The position numbers and the translations under genes are program-made. Below, piece after piece: positions 20,291 through 29,201 of a stretch of DNA of 64,000 nucleotides (positions are counted from its first letter, which is position 1; each line of letters opens with the position of its first letter). A model generated the notes under the pieces. It did not search any database. It was not told where the DNA came from and worked only from the letters and a program-made list of their open reading frames with translations. The stretch comes from Solirubrobacterales bacterium (GTDB lineage: Bacteria > Actinomycetota > Thermoleophilia > Solirubrobacterales > Solirubrobacteraceae), in assembly GCA_038240205.1 (NCBI GenBank), contig JBBSDZ010000002.1:1919-65918 (forward strand), given 5' to 3'.

Positions 20291-21868
20291 GTGCGCATCC
20301 TCGTCTTTCACGGCTATCTGCTCGGCGGCACCGGATCGAACGTGTACAACGCGCGCCTGGCGGCGGCCTTCGTGAAGCTCGGCCACGAGGTCCACCTGCT
20401 CAGCCAGGACCGCCATCCCGAGCAGCACTCGTTCGTCGATGCGATCGGCGACTGGGACGAGGGCGAGCTGCGCGTGCGCAGGCTCGCAGACGCGGGCGCC
20501 GCCCCGCGCTGCACCGTCTACCGCCCGGACATCGGCGACCTGCTCCCGGTCTACGTCGCCGATCGCTACGAGGGCATCCAGGCTCGCACCTTCGCCGACT
20601 GCAGCGACGAGGAGATCGCTCGCTACATCGACGCGAACGTCGCTGCCGTGGGCGAGCTGGTGGCGCGCATCTCCCCGGACGTGGCGCTCGCCAACCATCT
20701 CGTGATGGGGCCGGCGATCCTCGCGCGCGCACTGGGCGGGCAGGTGCCCTACGCGGTCAAGGTGCACGGGAGCGCGCTCGAGTACACGGTCAAGCCGGAC
20801 CCTGAGCGCTTCCTCCCGTTCGCGCGTGAGGGCGTGCGCGCTGCCGGCGGCATCCTCGTCGGCTCTCACCACACGGCCGCAAGTGTGTGGGCGGCGCTCG
20901 AGGACCTGGATGTGCGACGACGCACGCGGCTGGGGCCGCCGGGGGTGGACGTGGAGCGCTTCGCCCCGCGCGAGCGCGAGCAGGCCATGGCCGGCGTGCG
21001 GGCGCTGGCCGGACAACTGACGAGCGCCGGTGCGCGCGGCAAGCAGACCGTGCCAGCCGATGCCTTTTCGCGAGACGAGCGCGCCGCCGGGCAGGCGCTC
21101 GCGCGTCTGGAGCCGCAGCGCGAGCGGTTGGTGGCGTTCGTCGGCAAGCTGATCGTCAGTAAGGGCGTCGACCTGCTGCTGGCCGCCTGGCCACTCGTGC
21201 TCGAGCAGGCTCCGGACGCGAGGCTGGTGGTCGTCGGCTTCGGCGCCTACCGCGAGGGCTTCGAGCGCCTTCGCGACGCGCTCCAGGCGGGCGATCTGCA
21301 GGAGGCGGAGCGGATCGCGCGGGCCGGACGCGCGCTGGAGGGGGAGGATGCTGAGGCCCGGCCGCTACGACACCTGCTGGCGTTCCTGCAGAGCTTGCGC
21401 GGTGAGGAGCGTGCGCGCTATCTCGCGGCCGCGCGGCTGCTGGGCGAGGCGGTCGTGCTGACCGGCCGCCTCGACCACGAGGAGCTGGCGGAGCTGCTGC
21501 CGGCGTGCGAGGCGCTGGTCGTTCCGAGCACGTTCCCCGAGGCGTTCGGCATGGTCGCCGCCGAGGCCGCCGCCTGTGGGGCACTACCTGTGAGCGCCGC
21601 TCACTCCGGCCTGGCGGAGGTCAGCGAGGCGCTGGCGCAGGCCGTCCCGCCTGAGGTCGCCGCGCTGCTCTCGTTCGTCGTGGACGACGGCGCCGTGCAG
21701 GCGCTCGCGACGAGCCTCGTCGGCTGGCTGCAGGCCGATCCGGCGGTTCGCGCGAGAGCGCGGGCGGGGCTCGTGGAGACCGTCCGCGAGCGCTGGTCGT
21801 GGGACGGCGTGGCACGCGGGGTGATCGCGGCGGCACACGGTGAGCTCGACGGGCTGCAGAAGCCGTGA
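20291..21868 (+). CDS. Glycosyltransferase family 4
   Basis: FVGKLIVSKGVD and PSTFPEAFGMVAAEAAACG motifs. Confidence 0.9.
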   Translation: MRILVFHGYLLGGTGSNVYNARLAAAFVKLGHEVHLLSQDRHPEQHSFVDAIGDWDEGELRVRRLADAGAAPRCTVYRPDIGDLLPVYVADRYEGIQARTFADCSDEEIARYIDANVAAVGELVARISPDVALANHLVMGPAILARALGGQVPYAVKVHGSALEYTVKPDPERFLPFAREGVRAAGGILVGSHHTAASVWAALEDLDVRRRTRLGPPGVDVERFAPREREQAMAGVRALAGQLTSAGARGKQTVPADAFSRDERAAGQALARLEPQRERLVAFVGKLIVSKGVDLLLAAWPLVLEQAPDARLVVVGFGAYREGFERLRDALQAGDLQEAERIARAGRALEGEDAEARPLRHLLAFLQSLRGEERARYLAAARLLGEAVVLTGRLDHEELAELLPACEALVVPSTFPEAFGMVAAEAAACGALPVSAAHSGLAEVSEALAQAVPPEVAALLSFVVDDGAVQALATSLVGWLQADPAVRARARAGLVETVRERWSWDGVARGVIAAAHGELDGLQKP

Positions 21869-21938
21869 AAATGCCCATGCTCGCTGGCGTGGGGGGCCGT
21901 CGAGGCACCCGCCCGTTCGGATAGTGTTTCGCCCGCCC

Positions 21939-22730
21939 ATGAGTCGCACGCGCCCAGCACCAGCCACGGATTCGGCCAGAAGCAGCTCGCTGCGTACGCT
22001 GGCCGCGCGCGCGTCTGCGCTCGCCGCTGTGAGCGCTGTCGCCTTCGGCGCCGCCGGCTGCTCGGTCAAGGGCGGCGAGAACGCCAACCTGATCGCCGGC
22101 AAGCAGCAGTTCGTGGCCAAGTGCGGCTCCTGCCACACGCTCTCACGCGCCGGCACAAAAGGGCTCGTCGGGCCAAACCTGGACGAATCCTTCCGCACGG
22201 GCCTGGCTCAGGGGATGCATCGCGACACCGTTCGCGGGATCGTCGAAAAACAGATCCAGATCCCGAACCCCGAAGGCGCGATGCCCAAGGACCTCGTCTC
22301 GGGCGCGAAGCTCACGAGCGTCGCCGCCTATGTCGCGCAGTCGGTCGACAAGTCGGGCAAGGACAGCGGACTGCTCGCGACAGCGGTCGAAGCGCCCGGC
22401 GCGGGCAAGCCGGCCGTCGAGAAGGGCGGCAAGCTCTCGATCGCCGCCAGCCCGAGCGGTCAGCTCGCCTACGTGAGCAACAAGGCATCCGCGACTGCTG
22501 GCCCGGTGACGATCGAAATGCCCAACATGTCGGGCGTCTCGCACAACATCGCGATCGAAACCGGCGAAGGCGGGGCGACGCCAAAGGGCGCCAAAGTCGC
22601 CAGCAGTCCGTTCACGACCAAGACCACCGCAACGGTCAAGGCGACCCTAAAACCGGGCACGTACACGTTCTTCTGCGAGGCCCCAGGGCACCGCCAGGCG
22701 GGCATGTACGGCTCGCTGACGGTCAAGTAG
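21939..22730 (+). CDS. Lipoprotein fusing cytochrome c and a type-1 copper (cupredoxin) domain
   Basis: Lipobox AAGC; heme motif CGSCH with distal GAMP; Cu ligands HN...FFCEAPGHRQAGM. Confidence 0.85.
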   Translation: MSRTRPAPATDSARSSSLRTLAARASALAAVSAVAFGAAGCSVKGGENANLIAGKQQFVAKCGSCHTLSRAGTKGLVGPNLDESFRTGLAQGMHRDTVRGIVEKQIQIPNPEGAMPKDLVSGAKLTSVAAYVAQSVDKSGKDSGLLATAVEAPGAGKPAVEKGGKLSIAASPSGQLAYVSNKASATAGPVTIEMPNMSGVSHNIAIETGEGGATPKGAKVASSPFTTKTTATVKATLKPGTYTFFCEAPGHRQAGMYGSLTVK

Positions 22731-22837
22731 CGGAGAGCCTCGCGCCTGCAGGCGCATGCAGCGCTCGTCGCCGGGAGCCGCGTGCGCCGGTTGCTCCCTT
22801 GGTGAACGACGCGCAAGCGAGCGCAGCACTGCGACAG

Positions 22838-22948
22838 CTAGAAGATCGCCCGCCCGATCAGGACGGCAGCGGCGATCACGACGACCACGGCCAGCGCGTA
22901 CAGCAGCAGCCGAAAGGCCTCGTCCTCGGAGCGGAGAGGGTTCAGCAC
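22838..22948 (-). CDS. 36-aa single-TM peptide at the end of the oxidase operon
   Basis: MLNPLRSEDEAFRLLLYALAVVVVIAAAVLIGRAIF; GAGG upstream of the GTG. Confidence 0.6.
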   Translation of the reverse strand: MLNPLRSEDEAFRLLLYALAVVVVIAAAVLIGRAIF

Positions 22949-22967
22949 CGCTGCCTCATGCCGCGCC

Positions 22968-23588
22968 TCAGAGGATGTAGACGGTGAAGTAGACGACGAG
23001 CCACATGATGTCGACGAAGTGCCAGTAGATCCCGGGCACTTCGACGCCGCGATGCTCCTCCGCCGAGTAGTGCCCACGGAAGGCTCTGATCGTCACGAAC
23101 AGCAGCAGCAGCAGCCCGATGAACACGTGGGCGCCGTGCAGTCCGGTGAGCGAGTAGAAGATCGTCTGCTGCGCGTGGTCCTGCGGGGCGAAGCCGATGT
23201 TCGCGTACTCGTTGATCTGGATGAAGAGGAACGTGCAGCCGAGCAGGAACGTCGTGAGGATCCCCGCCTTCAGGCCGAAGTGGTTACCGCGCTTGATCGA
23301 CGCCTCAGCCCAGTGCACGGTGAACGACGAAGACACGAGGATCGCGGTGTTGATGCCTGCGACCGCGACCGGCAGATGCGTGCCTGGGGCGGGCCACGGG
23401 TCACCCTGAGCGACGCGGATGAAGAAGTAGGCCGTGAAGAACGCCCCGAAGACCATCACCTCGGAGATGATGAAAAGGAACATTCCGAGCAGCTGCGGCT
23501 CCACGCGGGAGCTTCTGTGGGCCGGCGGCGGGCCGTGGTGGTCGTGCTCGTCGTGAGCGACCGTGTGGGAGATGCTGGCTGCCTCCAT
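22968..23588 (-). CDS. ctaE: Cytochrome c oxidase subunit III
   Basis: FIISEVMVF, LTGLHGAHV and YWHFVDIMW motifs. Confidence 0.92.
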   Translation of the reverse strand: MEAASISHTVAHDEHDHHGPPPAHRSSRVEPQLLGMFLFIISEVMVFGAFFTAYFFIRVAQGDPWPAPGTHLPVAVAGINTAILVSSSFTVHWAEASIKRGNHFGLKAGILTTFLLGCTFLFIQINEYANIGFAPQDHAQQTIFYSLTGLHGAHVFIGLLLLLFVTIRAFRGHYSAEEHRGVEVPGIYWHFVDIMWLVVYFTVYIL

Positions 23589-23599
23589 CGAGAGCCCTG

Positions 23600-24442
23600 C
23601 TAGCTCGCCGACGCGGCGGTCGTGGTGGGTTGCAGATCGACGACCACGTGCTCGACCGGAGCCGAGGTCATGTGCTGGACGCGCTCGATCAGGTTCGCGC
23701 GCATCCAGCCCGAGCGCTGGTCGGGCAGCGTCGAGATGACGACGTCGTCGACGCGGAACAGCTCAAGCGCGTTGACGGCTGCCGTGTAGGGATCCGGATC
23801 GCCGATCATGCCCGAGCCGAGGAGCCCAGCGCTGTGCAGACGGTCGAGCATCGTCGCCAGCCGGGCGCGCGCCAGGCGCGGGGCGCCACCGCTGCCGTCC
23901 GGCTGCGGGACGATCACGACGAACAGGTGCTGAGCGCCGGTGGCAGCCTTTTCCTGGAGGCGATCGAGCAGCTCATCGCCGCCGAGCGTCTTGGAGGCGA
24001 GCACGAGCGTGACCTTGAACGGCAGGCCCTCCTGCTCGATGTCCACGACGACGTGCTCCACCGGCAGCCCAGAGGCGCTGCGGATCCGCTCGATCAGATC
24101 GCGCCGCAGCCAGCCGGAGCTCTGCGCGGGGTAGGTGGAGATGATGATCTCGTCCGGCCTGCGCTCGGCGACTGCGTCCATCGTCGCCAGGAATGGGTCC
24201 GGGTCGCCGACTTCGCCGGTTGCGTCGATCGACTCGCCCGCGACCAGTGAGAGCGCTAGATCCACGCGCGCCTGCGCCGATTCGCGCACGGCCTCGTCGT
24301 AGATCACGAGCCCCGCCGAAGGATTGCTCTGCGGAACGATCAGGCGAAAGCGCACGTCGCCGGCCGCCACTTTCTCGCGCACGGCCTCGAGCAGCTTGGC
24401 GCCGCCGAGCGTGCGGTTGGCGACCACGAGAACTTCCTTCAT
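23600..24442 (-). CDS. Tandem two-domain protein, probable Usp-like fold
   Basis: Two internal repeats (LVVANRTLGG..GDPDP..DEIIIST..SGWLR.DLIER..PVEHVVVD); fold assignment is inference. Confidence 0.7.
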   Translation of the reverse strand: MKEVLVVANRTLGGAKLLEAVREKVAAGDVRFRLIVPQSNPSAGLVIYDEAVRESAQARVDLALSLVAGESIDATGEVGDPDPFLATMDAVAERRPDEIIISTYPAQSSGWLRRDLIERIRSASGLPVEHVVVDIEQEGLPFKVTLVLASKTLGGDELLDRLQEKAATGAQHLFVVIVPQPDGSGGAPRLARARLATMLDRLHSAGLLGSGMIGDPDPYTAAVNALELFRVDDVVISTLPDQRSGWMRANLIERVQHMTSAPVEHVVVDLQPTTTAASAS

Positions 24443-24458
24443 CGCAGCGGCTCCGCTC

Positions 24459-26363
24459 TCACTCGCTCGGGGCTCGCACGAGCGTCGAAGGGGCGCCGGC
24501 GGTCGCCGGCGTGGGGGCGAAGGTGCCGTGCACGGCACCCGGGACGCCGTACTCGTAAGGCCCGCCGACGACCGTCGGCACGCGGTCGAAGTTGAAGATC
24601 GGCGGGGGCGATGAGACTTGCCACTCGAGCGTCATCCCGCGCCACGGATTGCCGACCGCGATCGGGCCCCCGCGCCAGCTCGTGACCATGTTGTAAAGGA
24701 AGATCAGCGTGCTCAAACCCAGTCCGAAGCTCATGATCGAGATGAACAGGTTGAGGTCGGAGAACTTCGAGGCATAGTCCTCGACGCGGCGCGGCATGCC
24801 CTGCAGACCGAGGATGTGCATCGGGCCGAACGTGAGGTTGAATGTCACGAACGTGGTCCAGAAGTGCCACTTGCCCAGGCGCTCGTCGTACATGCGGCCG
24901 GTCATCTTCGGGAACCAGTAGTAGACCCCGGCAAAGATCGTCATCAGCGAGCCGCCGAACAGCACGTAATGGATGTGCGCGACGATGAAGTACGTCGCCG
25001 AGACGTGGATGTCGAACGGGATCATCGCGAGCATCACGCCGCTGATCCCGCCCAGCGTGAACGTAGTCAGGAACCCGAGCGCGAACAGCATCGCCGTGTC
25101 GAGGTGCAGGACCCCGCGCCACAGCGTCGCCAGCCACGAGAAGATCTTGATGCCGGTCGGCACGGCGATGATCGCCGTCGTGATCGCCATCGGGATGCGG
25201 ATCCACGCGGCCATGCCCGAGGTGAACATGTGGTGCGCCCAGACGGTGAAGCCGAGACCGACGATCGCAAGCAGCGAGAAGGCCATCATGCGGTAGCCGA
25301 AGATCGGCTTACGCGACTTGACCGCGAGGATCTCGCTGACGATGCCGAAGCCGGGCAACATCATGATGTAGACGGCCGGGTGCGAGTAGAACCAGAAGAC
25401 GTGCTGATACATGAGCACGTCGCCGCCCTTCGCGGCGTTGAAGAAGTTGAAGCCGAGCGCACGGTCGAGCAGCACGAAGAACTGCGACGCGGCGATGAAC
25501 GGCGTCGCGATCACGACCAGCAGCGAGGTGGCGAAGTTGGCCCACACAAGCAACGGCATCCGGAAGAAGCTCATCCCGGGCGCGCGCATCGTGATGATCG
25601 TGACGAGGAAGTTCAGCGCCGTCATGATCGAGGAGGCACCCGCGAACTGCACCCCGAGGGAGAAGAACGTCTGCCCGATCGGCGCGTTCGTGGAGAGCGG
25701 CGCGTAGGCCGTCCAGCCATCCGCAAAGGCGCCTCCGGGGGCGAAGAAGCTGCCGAGCATCATGATCCCGGCGACCGGCAGCAACCAGTAGGAGAGGGCG
25801 TTCAGGCGGGGGAAGGCCATGTCCGGCGCGCCGATCATCAGCGGCAGCACGAAGTTGGCGAGGCCGGCGAAGACTGGGATCACGAACAGGAAGATCAGCA
25901 GCGAGGCATGCACCGAGAACAGTCCGTTGTAGGTGTTCGCGTCTACGAACTGGGCGCCCGGCGCGGCGAGCTCCGCGCGCATCAGCATCGCGATCAATCC
26001 GCCCACGAGCAGGAAGAAGAACGCCGTGACCGTGTACTGGATGCCGATCACCTTGTGGTCGGTGTTGATGCGGAAGTAGTCCTGCCACACCTTGCCGCCG
26101 TGGAGGGAGTGGTCCTCGGCGCGCGTCGGGCGTCCGATCGCCCAGTAGAACCAGTAGTCGAAGCCCCCGATGCCGACCAGGAACAGGAGCGGCACGGCGA
26201 TCAGCGAGACCGTCAGGATCGCTTCGCCGGAGAGGAAGTGCGTGAACGTCTCATGCCCGGTCGACATCCGCACGATCCACGTCAGGCCGGCAGAGAATGC
26301 GACGCCCAGGAGCATCATCCAGCCGGCGCGGTAGAAGCCAGGTCCGCGGAGCTTCGCGGCCAT
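24459..26363 (-). CDS. ctaD: Heme-copper oxidase subunit I, A2 type, with an N-terminal membrane extension
   Basis: WFYSHPAVY (YS motif), WAHHMF, VAHIHY and GMPRR. Confidence 0.92.
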   Translation of the reverse strand: MAAKLRGPGFYRAGWMMLLGVAFSAGLTWIVRMSTGHETFTHFLSGEAILTVSLIAVPLLFLVGIGGFDYWFYWAIGRPTRAEDHSLHGGKVWQDYFRINTDHKVIGIQYTVTAFFFLLVGGLIAMLMRAELAAPGAQFVDANTYNGLFSVHASLLIFLFVIPVFAGLANFVLPLMIGAPDMAFPRLNALSYWLLPVAGIMMLGSFFAPGGAFADGWTAYAPLSTNAPIGQTFFSLGVQFAGASSIMTALNFLVTIITMRAPGMSFFRMPLLVWANFATSLLVVIATPFIAASQFFVLLDRALGFNFFNAAKGGDVLMYQHVFWFYSHPAVYIMMLPGFGIVSEILAVKSRKPIFGYRMMAFSLLAIVGLGFTVWAHHMFTSGMAAWIRIPMAITTAIIAVPTGIKIFSWLATLWRGVLHLDTAMLFALGFLTTFTLGGISGVMLAMIPFDIHVSATYFIVAHIHYVLFGGSLMTIFAGVYYWFPKMTGRMYDERLGKWHFWTTFVTFNLTFGPMHILGLQGMPRRVEDYASKFSDLNLFISIMSFGLGLSTLIFLYNMVTSWRGGPIAVGNPWRGMTLEWQVSSPPPIFNFDRVPTVVGGPYEYGVPGAVHGTFAPTPATAGAPSTLVRAPSE

Positions 26364-26418
26364 CAGATCGTCCCTCCGTGCGGTGTCATCGGCTGCCCCA
26401 CTGGCACATGCGCCCACA

Positions 26419-27216
26419 TTATCCCGTACCTGCCCCGGTCGTGCTGGTGCTCGCGCTCGCGCTTGATCCCGGGGTAACCGTGGATGCGGTGGCGCTCAGG
26501 CGGCTCTTCAGCCAAGCTTGGAACTGGGACTGCGGGACGACGTGGACGGTCGCCTGCATCAGCGAGTGCCCCAGGCCGCAGAGCAGGTTGCAGACGATCG
26601 GGTAGCTACCGACCCTCGTGGGCGTCGCGCGGTAGTGCACGGTGATCCCCGGCACGACATCCTCCTGCAGACGGAACGCCGGGACCCAGAAGGCGTGGAT
26701 GACGTCCTTGGAGTGCAGCCCAAAGCGGACCGACTCGCCCTCGGGCAGGTAGAGCTGGTCGGATTCAACCGCCTTGCCGTGAGTGACCGAAGGCGGGTAC
26801 TGGAAGCTCCAGGCGAACTGCTGGCCGGTCACGCCGACCTCGATCTCGCGCGCCGGCTTCTTCTCGTTGTCGTGCAGGATCACGAACGAGTAGGAGACGA
26901 GCGCGAGCAGGACGACGGCCGGGATCGTCGTCCAGACGACCTCCAGACGCGTGTTGCCATGGATCGGAGGGCCGTCCTTGAGCTCCTCGCCCGGCTTCAT
27001 CCGGAACTGCCAGCAGCAGTAGAGGATCACGGCCACGACCAGCACGAAGATCGGGATCGAGGCGATCACGAGCACGTGGTAGAGGCGATCGGTGTTGTGG
27101 GCCTGCGTCGAGGCCTGCACCGGGAACCAGTGGATCACGAAGCTCAGCACGATGCCAACGACGATCGCGATCACCGAGGCGATGGCCGTGACCGTCAGCG
27201 AGCGCTGCCGCGTCAT
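26419..27216 (-). CDS. ctaC: Cytochrome c oxidase subunit II (CuA)
   Basis: DVIHAFWVP and CNLLCGLGHSLM. Confidence 0.9.
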   Translation of the reverse strand: MTRQRSLTVTAIASVIAIVVGIVLSFVIHWFPVQASTQAHNTDRLYHVLVIASIPIFVLVVAVILYCCWQFRMKPGEELKDGPPIHGNTRLEVVWTTIPAVVLLALVSYSFVILHDNEKKPAREIEVGVTGQQFAWSFQYPPSVTHGKAVESDQLYLPEGESVRFGLHSKDVIHAFWVPAFRLQEDVVPGITVHYRATPTRVGSYPIVCNLLCGLGHSLMQATVHVVPQSQFQAWLKSRLSATASTVTPGSSASASTSTTGAGTG

Positions 27217-27320
27217 CGCGGTGTGCTCCTGCCCGCGCGGGCGGTGCGATCGGTATCTGCGGCGGGCCTCTCCATCGGGAGGCGTGATCCTAATGCCTTC
27301 TCCCCGTGAACGGCTGGAGC

Positions 27321-27349
27321 TTGACGCGGGACGGCGCGCGTAATAGATT
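27321..27349 (+). promoter_or_regulatory. Sigma70-type promoter for the CBS gene
   Basis: TTGACG-17 nt-TAGATT. Confidence 0.55.
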
Positions 27350-27415
27350 GAGCCAATAGTTGCAAGTGCGTGAAGCAGTCGTCCTCGAGAGCCCGGACGC
27401 GGAGAGGAGAAGCCG

Positions 27416-27829
27416 ATGCAGGTGAGTGAAGGTATGAGCCCGACGGTCCTGGCGGTGGGCCCCGATCACACCCTGCGGGCGGTCGCGCAACTGATGTCGC
27501 GACGGCAGGTCGGCGCGGCCGTCGTGATGGATCCGGACGAGGCCGGTCCGGGAATCATCACCGAGCGCGACATCCTTTCCTCGCTCGGCGCGGGCGAGGA
27601 CCCCGACGCCGAGCTTGTCGCCGGTCACCTCACCAGCGATGTCGTCTTCGCCGCACCAGACTGGTCCTTGGAGGAGGCCGCCGTCGCAATGGTCCGCGGC
27701 GGCTTTCGCCACCTGATCGTCGTCGAGCGAGGGGAGACCGTGGGAATCCTCTCCGTTCGAGACGTCGTGCGCTGCTGGACCGACGATGGAGCGATCTGTC
27801 CGGTTCCGGCAAGCGCCGCGGTGGGGTGA
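27416..27829 (+). CDS. Tandem CBS domain protein
   Basis: GIITERDI, FRHLIVV and GILSVRD motifs. Confidence 0.88.
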   Translation: MQVSEGMSPTVLAVGPDHTLRAVAQLMSRRQVGAAVVMDPDEAGPGIITERDILSSLGAGEDPDAELVAGHLTSDVVFAAPDWSLEEAAVAMVRGGFRHLIVVERGETVGILSVRDVVRCWTDDGAICPVPASAAVG

Positions 27830-27905
27830 GAAGGGGTTCGCGCGCGGGACTGGGGACCGCGCGCGGCACCCCCCGAAGCTGTCTGTGAGACGGCGGTGCT
27901 CTCGC

Positions 27906-28127
27906 TCAGTCGAGTGGGAGCTCGTCGACTTCGCGGCGGGTGTCTTTGATCCAGCGAACGGTGCAGCCGAGCGTCAGTAGGCCGCCGAGCACAGACAGCT
28001 CGAAGAAGGTCGTCACGCCGACCAGCAGCAGCGTGATTCCGACCGCCGTGAGGACCGGCAGCACGGTCGGAGCCGGCAGGTGGATCTCCTCGCCGACCGA
28101 CGGCAGCTCCGGGTCGAGCGGGCTCAC
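27906..28127 (-). CDS. Small 2-TM protein, possible oxidase subunit IV-like
   Basis: EEIHLPAPTVLP followed by two TM helices; coupled to the upstream peptide. Confidence 0.65.
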   Translation of the reverse strand: MSPLDPELPSVGEEIHLPAPTVLPVLTAVGITLLLVGVTTFFELSVLGGLLTLGCTVRWIKDTRREVDELPLD

Positions 28128-28234
28128 GAGACGTAGACCGCGGCGACCACGAAGGTGATGCCGAACATGAACAGGCAGATCGCGGTCACGATCCAGCCCG
28201 TCGTGAGGTTCTTGCGTGCCAGGCGACGATTCAT
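28124..28234 (-). CDS. 36-aa single-TM peptide
   Basis: Manual translation MNRRLARKNLTTGWIVTAICLFMFGITFVVAAVYVS; GTGA overlap with the next gene. Confidence 0.65.
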   Translation of the reverse strand: MNRRLARKNLTTGWIVTAICLFMFGITFVVAAVYVS

Positions 28235-28291
28235 GGCAGCGGAGAATACCTGCTGGGCGGACGCGGACCGCGTATGGCCGGAGCGGCCGGC

Positions 28292-29200
28292 TCAGAGCTG
28301 CGCATCGGCCACCATCGAGCAGAACAGCAGCGCCAGGTAGGCGAGCGAGAACAGGTAGAGCTGTAGCGCCGAGCGCCGGTCGGCGCGGCGGTAGAGCCGC
28401 ACGGCGCCCGCGATGAAGCCCAGCCCGAGCGTGAGCGAGGCGGTCAGGTAGATCGCGCCGAACCCGCCCGCGCAGAACGGCAGCTGCGTGACCGCGTAGA
28501 GCAGCACCGAATAGAGCAGGATCTGCCGGCGCGTCTCGGCCTCGCCACGCACGACCGGCAGCATCGGCACGCCGACCTTGCCGTACTCGTCCTTCATCAG
28601 CAGCGACAGCGCCCAGAAGTGCGGTGGCGTCCAGAAGAAGACGATGAAGAAGAGGATCAGCGCCGTGCCGCTGACCGATCCGGTCACAGCCGCCCAGCCA
28701 ACCAGGGGCGGGACCGCCCCGGCGGCGCCGCCGATGACGATGTTTTGCGGCGTGCGCCGCTTCAGCCAGACCGTGTAGACGAACACGTAGCCGAGGAAGC
28801 CGGAGAACGAGAGCGCCGCTGCCAGCGGGTTGACCGTGAGCGAGAGCTCGATCAGCGACAGGGCGGCGAGCGTGCAGCCGAAGGCGAGCGCCGCGCGGGG
28901 AGCGATGCGCCCAGAGGGGACCGGGCGGTTCGCCGTGCGCGCCATGCGCGCGTCGATGTCGCGGTCGAACCAGTGGTTGACCGCGCCGGCGCCGCCGGCC
29001 GAGAGGTAGCCGCCGACGCAGGTGAGCGCCACGAGCAGCGCCGAGGGGTTGCCGGCTACGTACATCGTCGCGATCGTCGTCAGCAGCAGCAGCGACTGAA
29101 CCTTCGGCTTGGTCAGCTCGACGTAGTCGCTCAGCAGTTGACGCGTGCGGGGCGCGATGCCCAGGCGCGGCGCACGCAGTGAGGAGGCCGTGCTCGGCAC
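28292..29200 (-). CDS. ctaB: Protoheme IX farnesyltransferase (heme o synthase)
   Basis: ELTKPKV, DRDIDARMART..RP, LKRRTPQNIVIGG and WTPPHFWAL motifs; start uncertain. Confidence 0.93.
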   Translation of the reverse strand: MPSTASSLRAPRLGIAPRTRQLLSDYVELTKPKVQSLLLLTTIATMYVAGNPSALLVALTCVGGYLSAGGAGAVNHWFDRDIDARMARTANRPVPSGRIAPRAALAFGCTLAALSLIELSLTVNPLAAALSFSGFLGYVFVYTVWLKRRTPQNIVIGGAAGAVPPLVGWAAVTGSVSGTALILFFIVFFWTPPHFWALSLLMKDEYGKVGVPMLPVVRGEAETRRQILLYSVLLYAVTQLPFCAGGFGAIYLTASLTLGLGFIAGAVRLYRRADRRSALQLYLFSLAYLALLFCSMVADAQL

Positions 29201-29201
29201 G

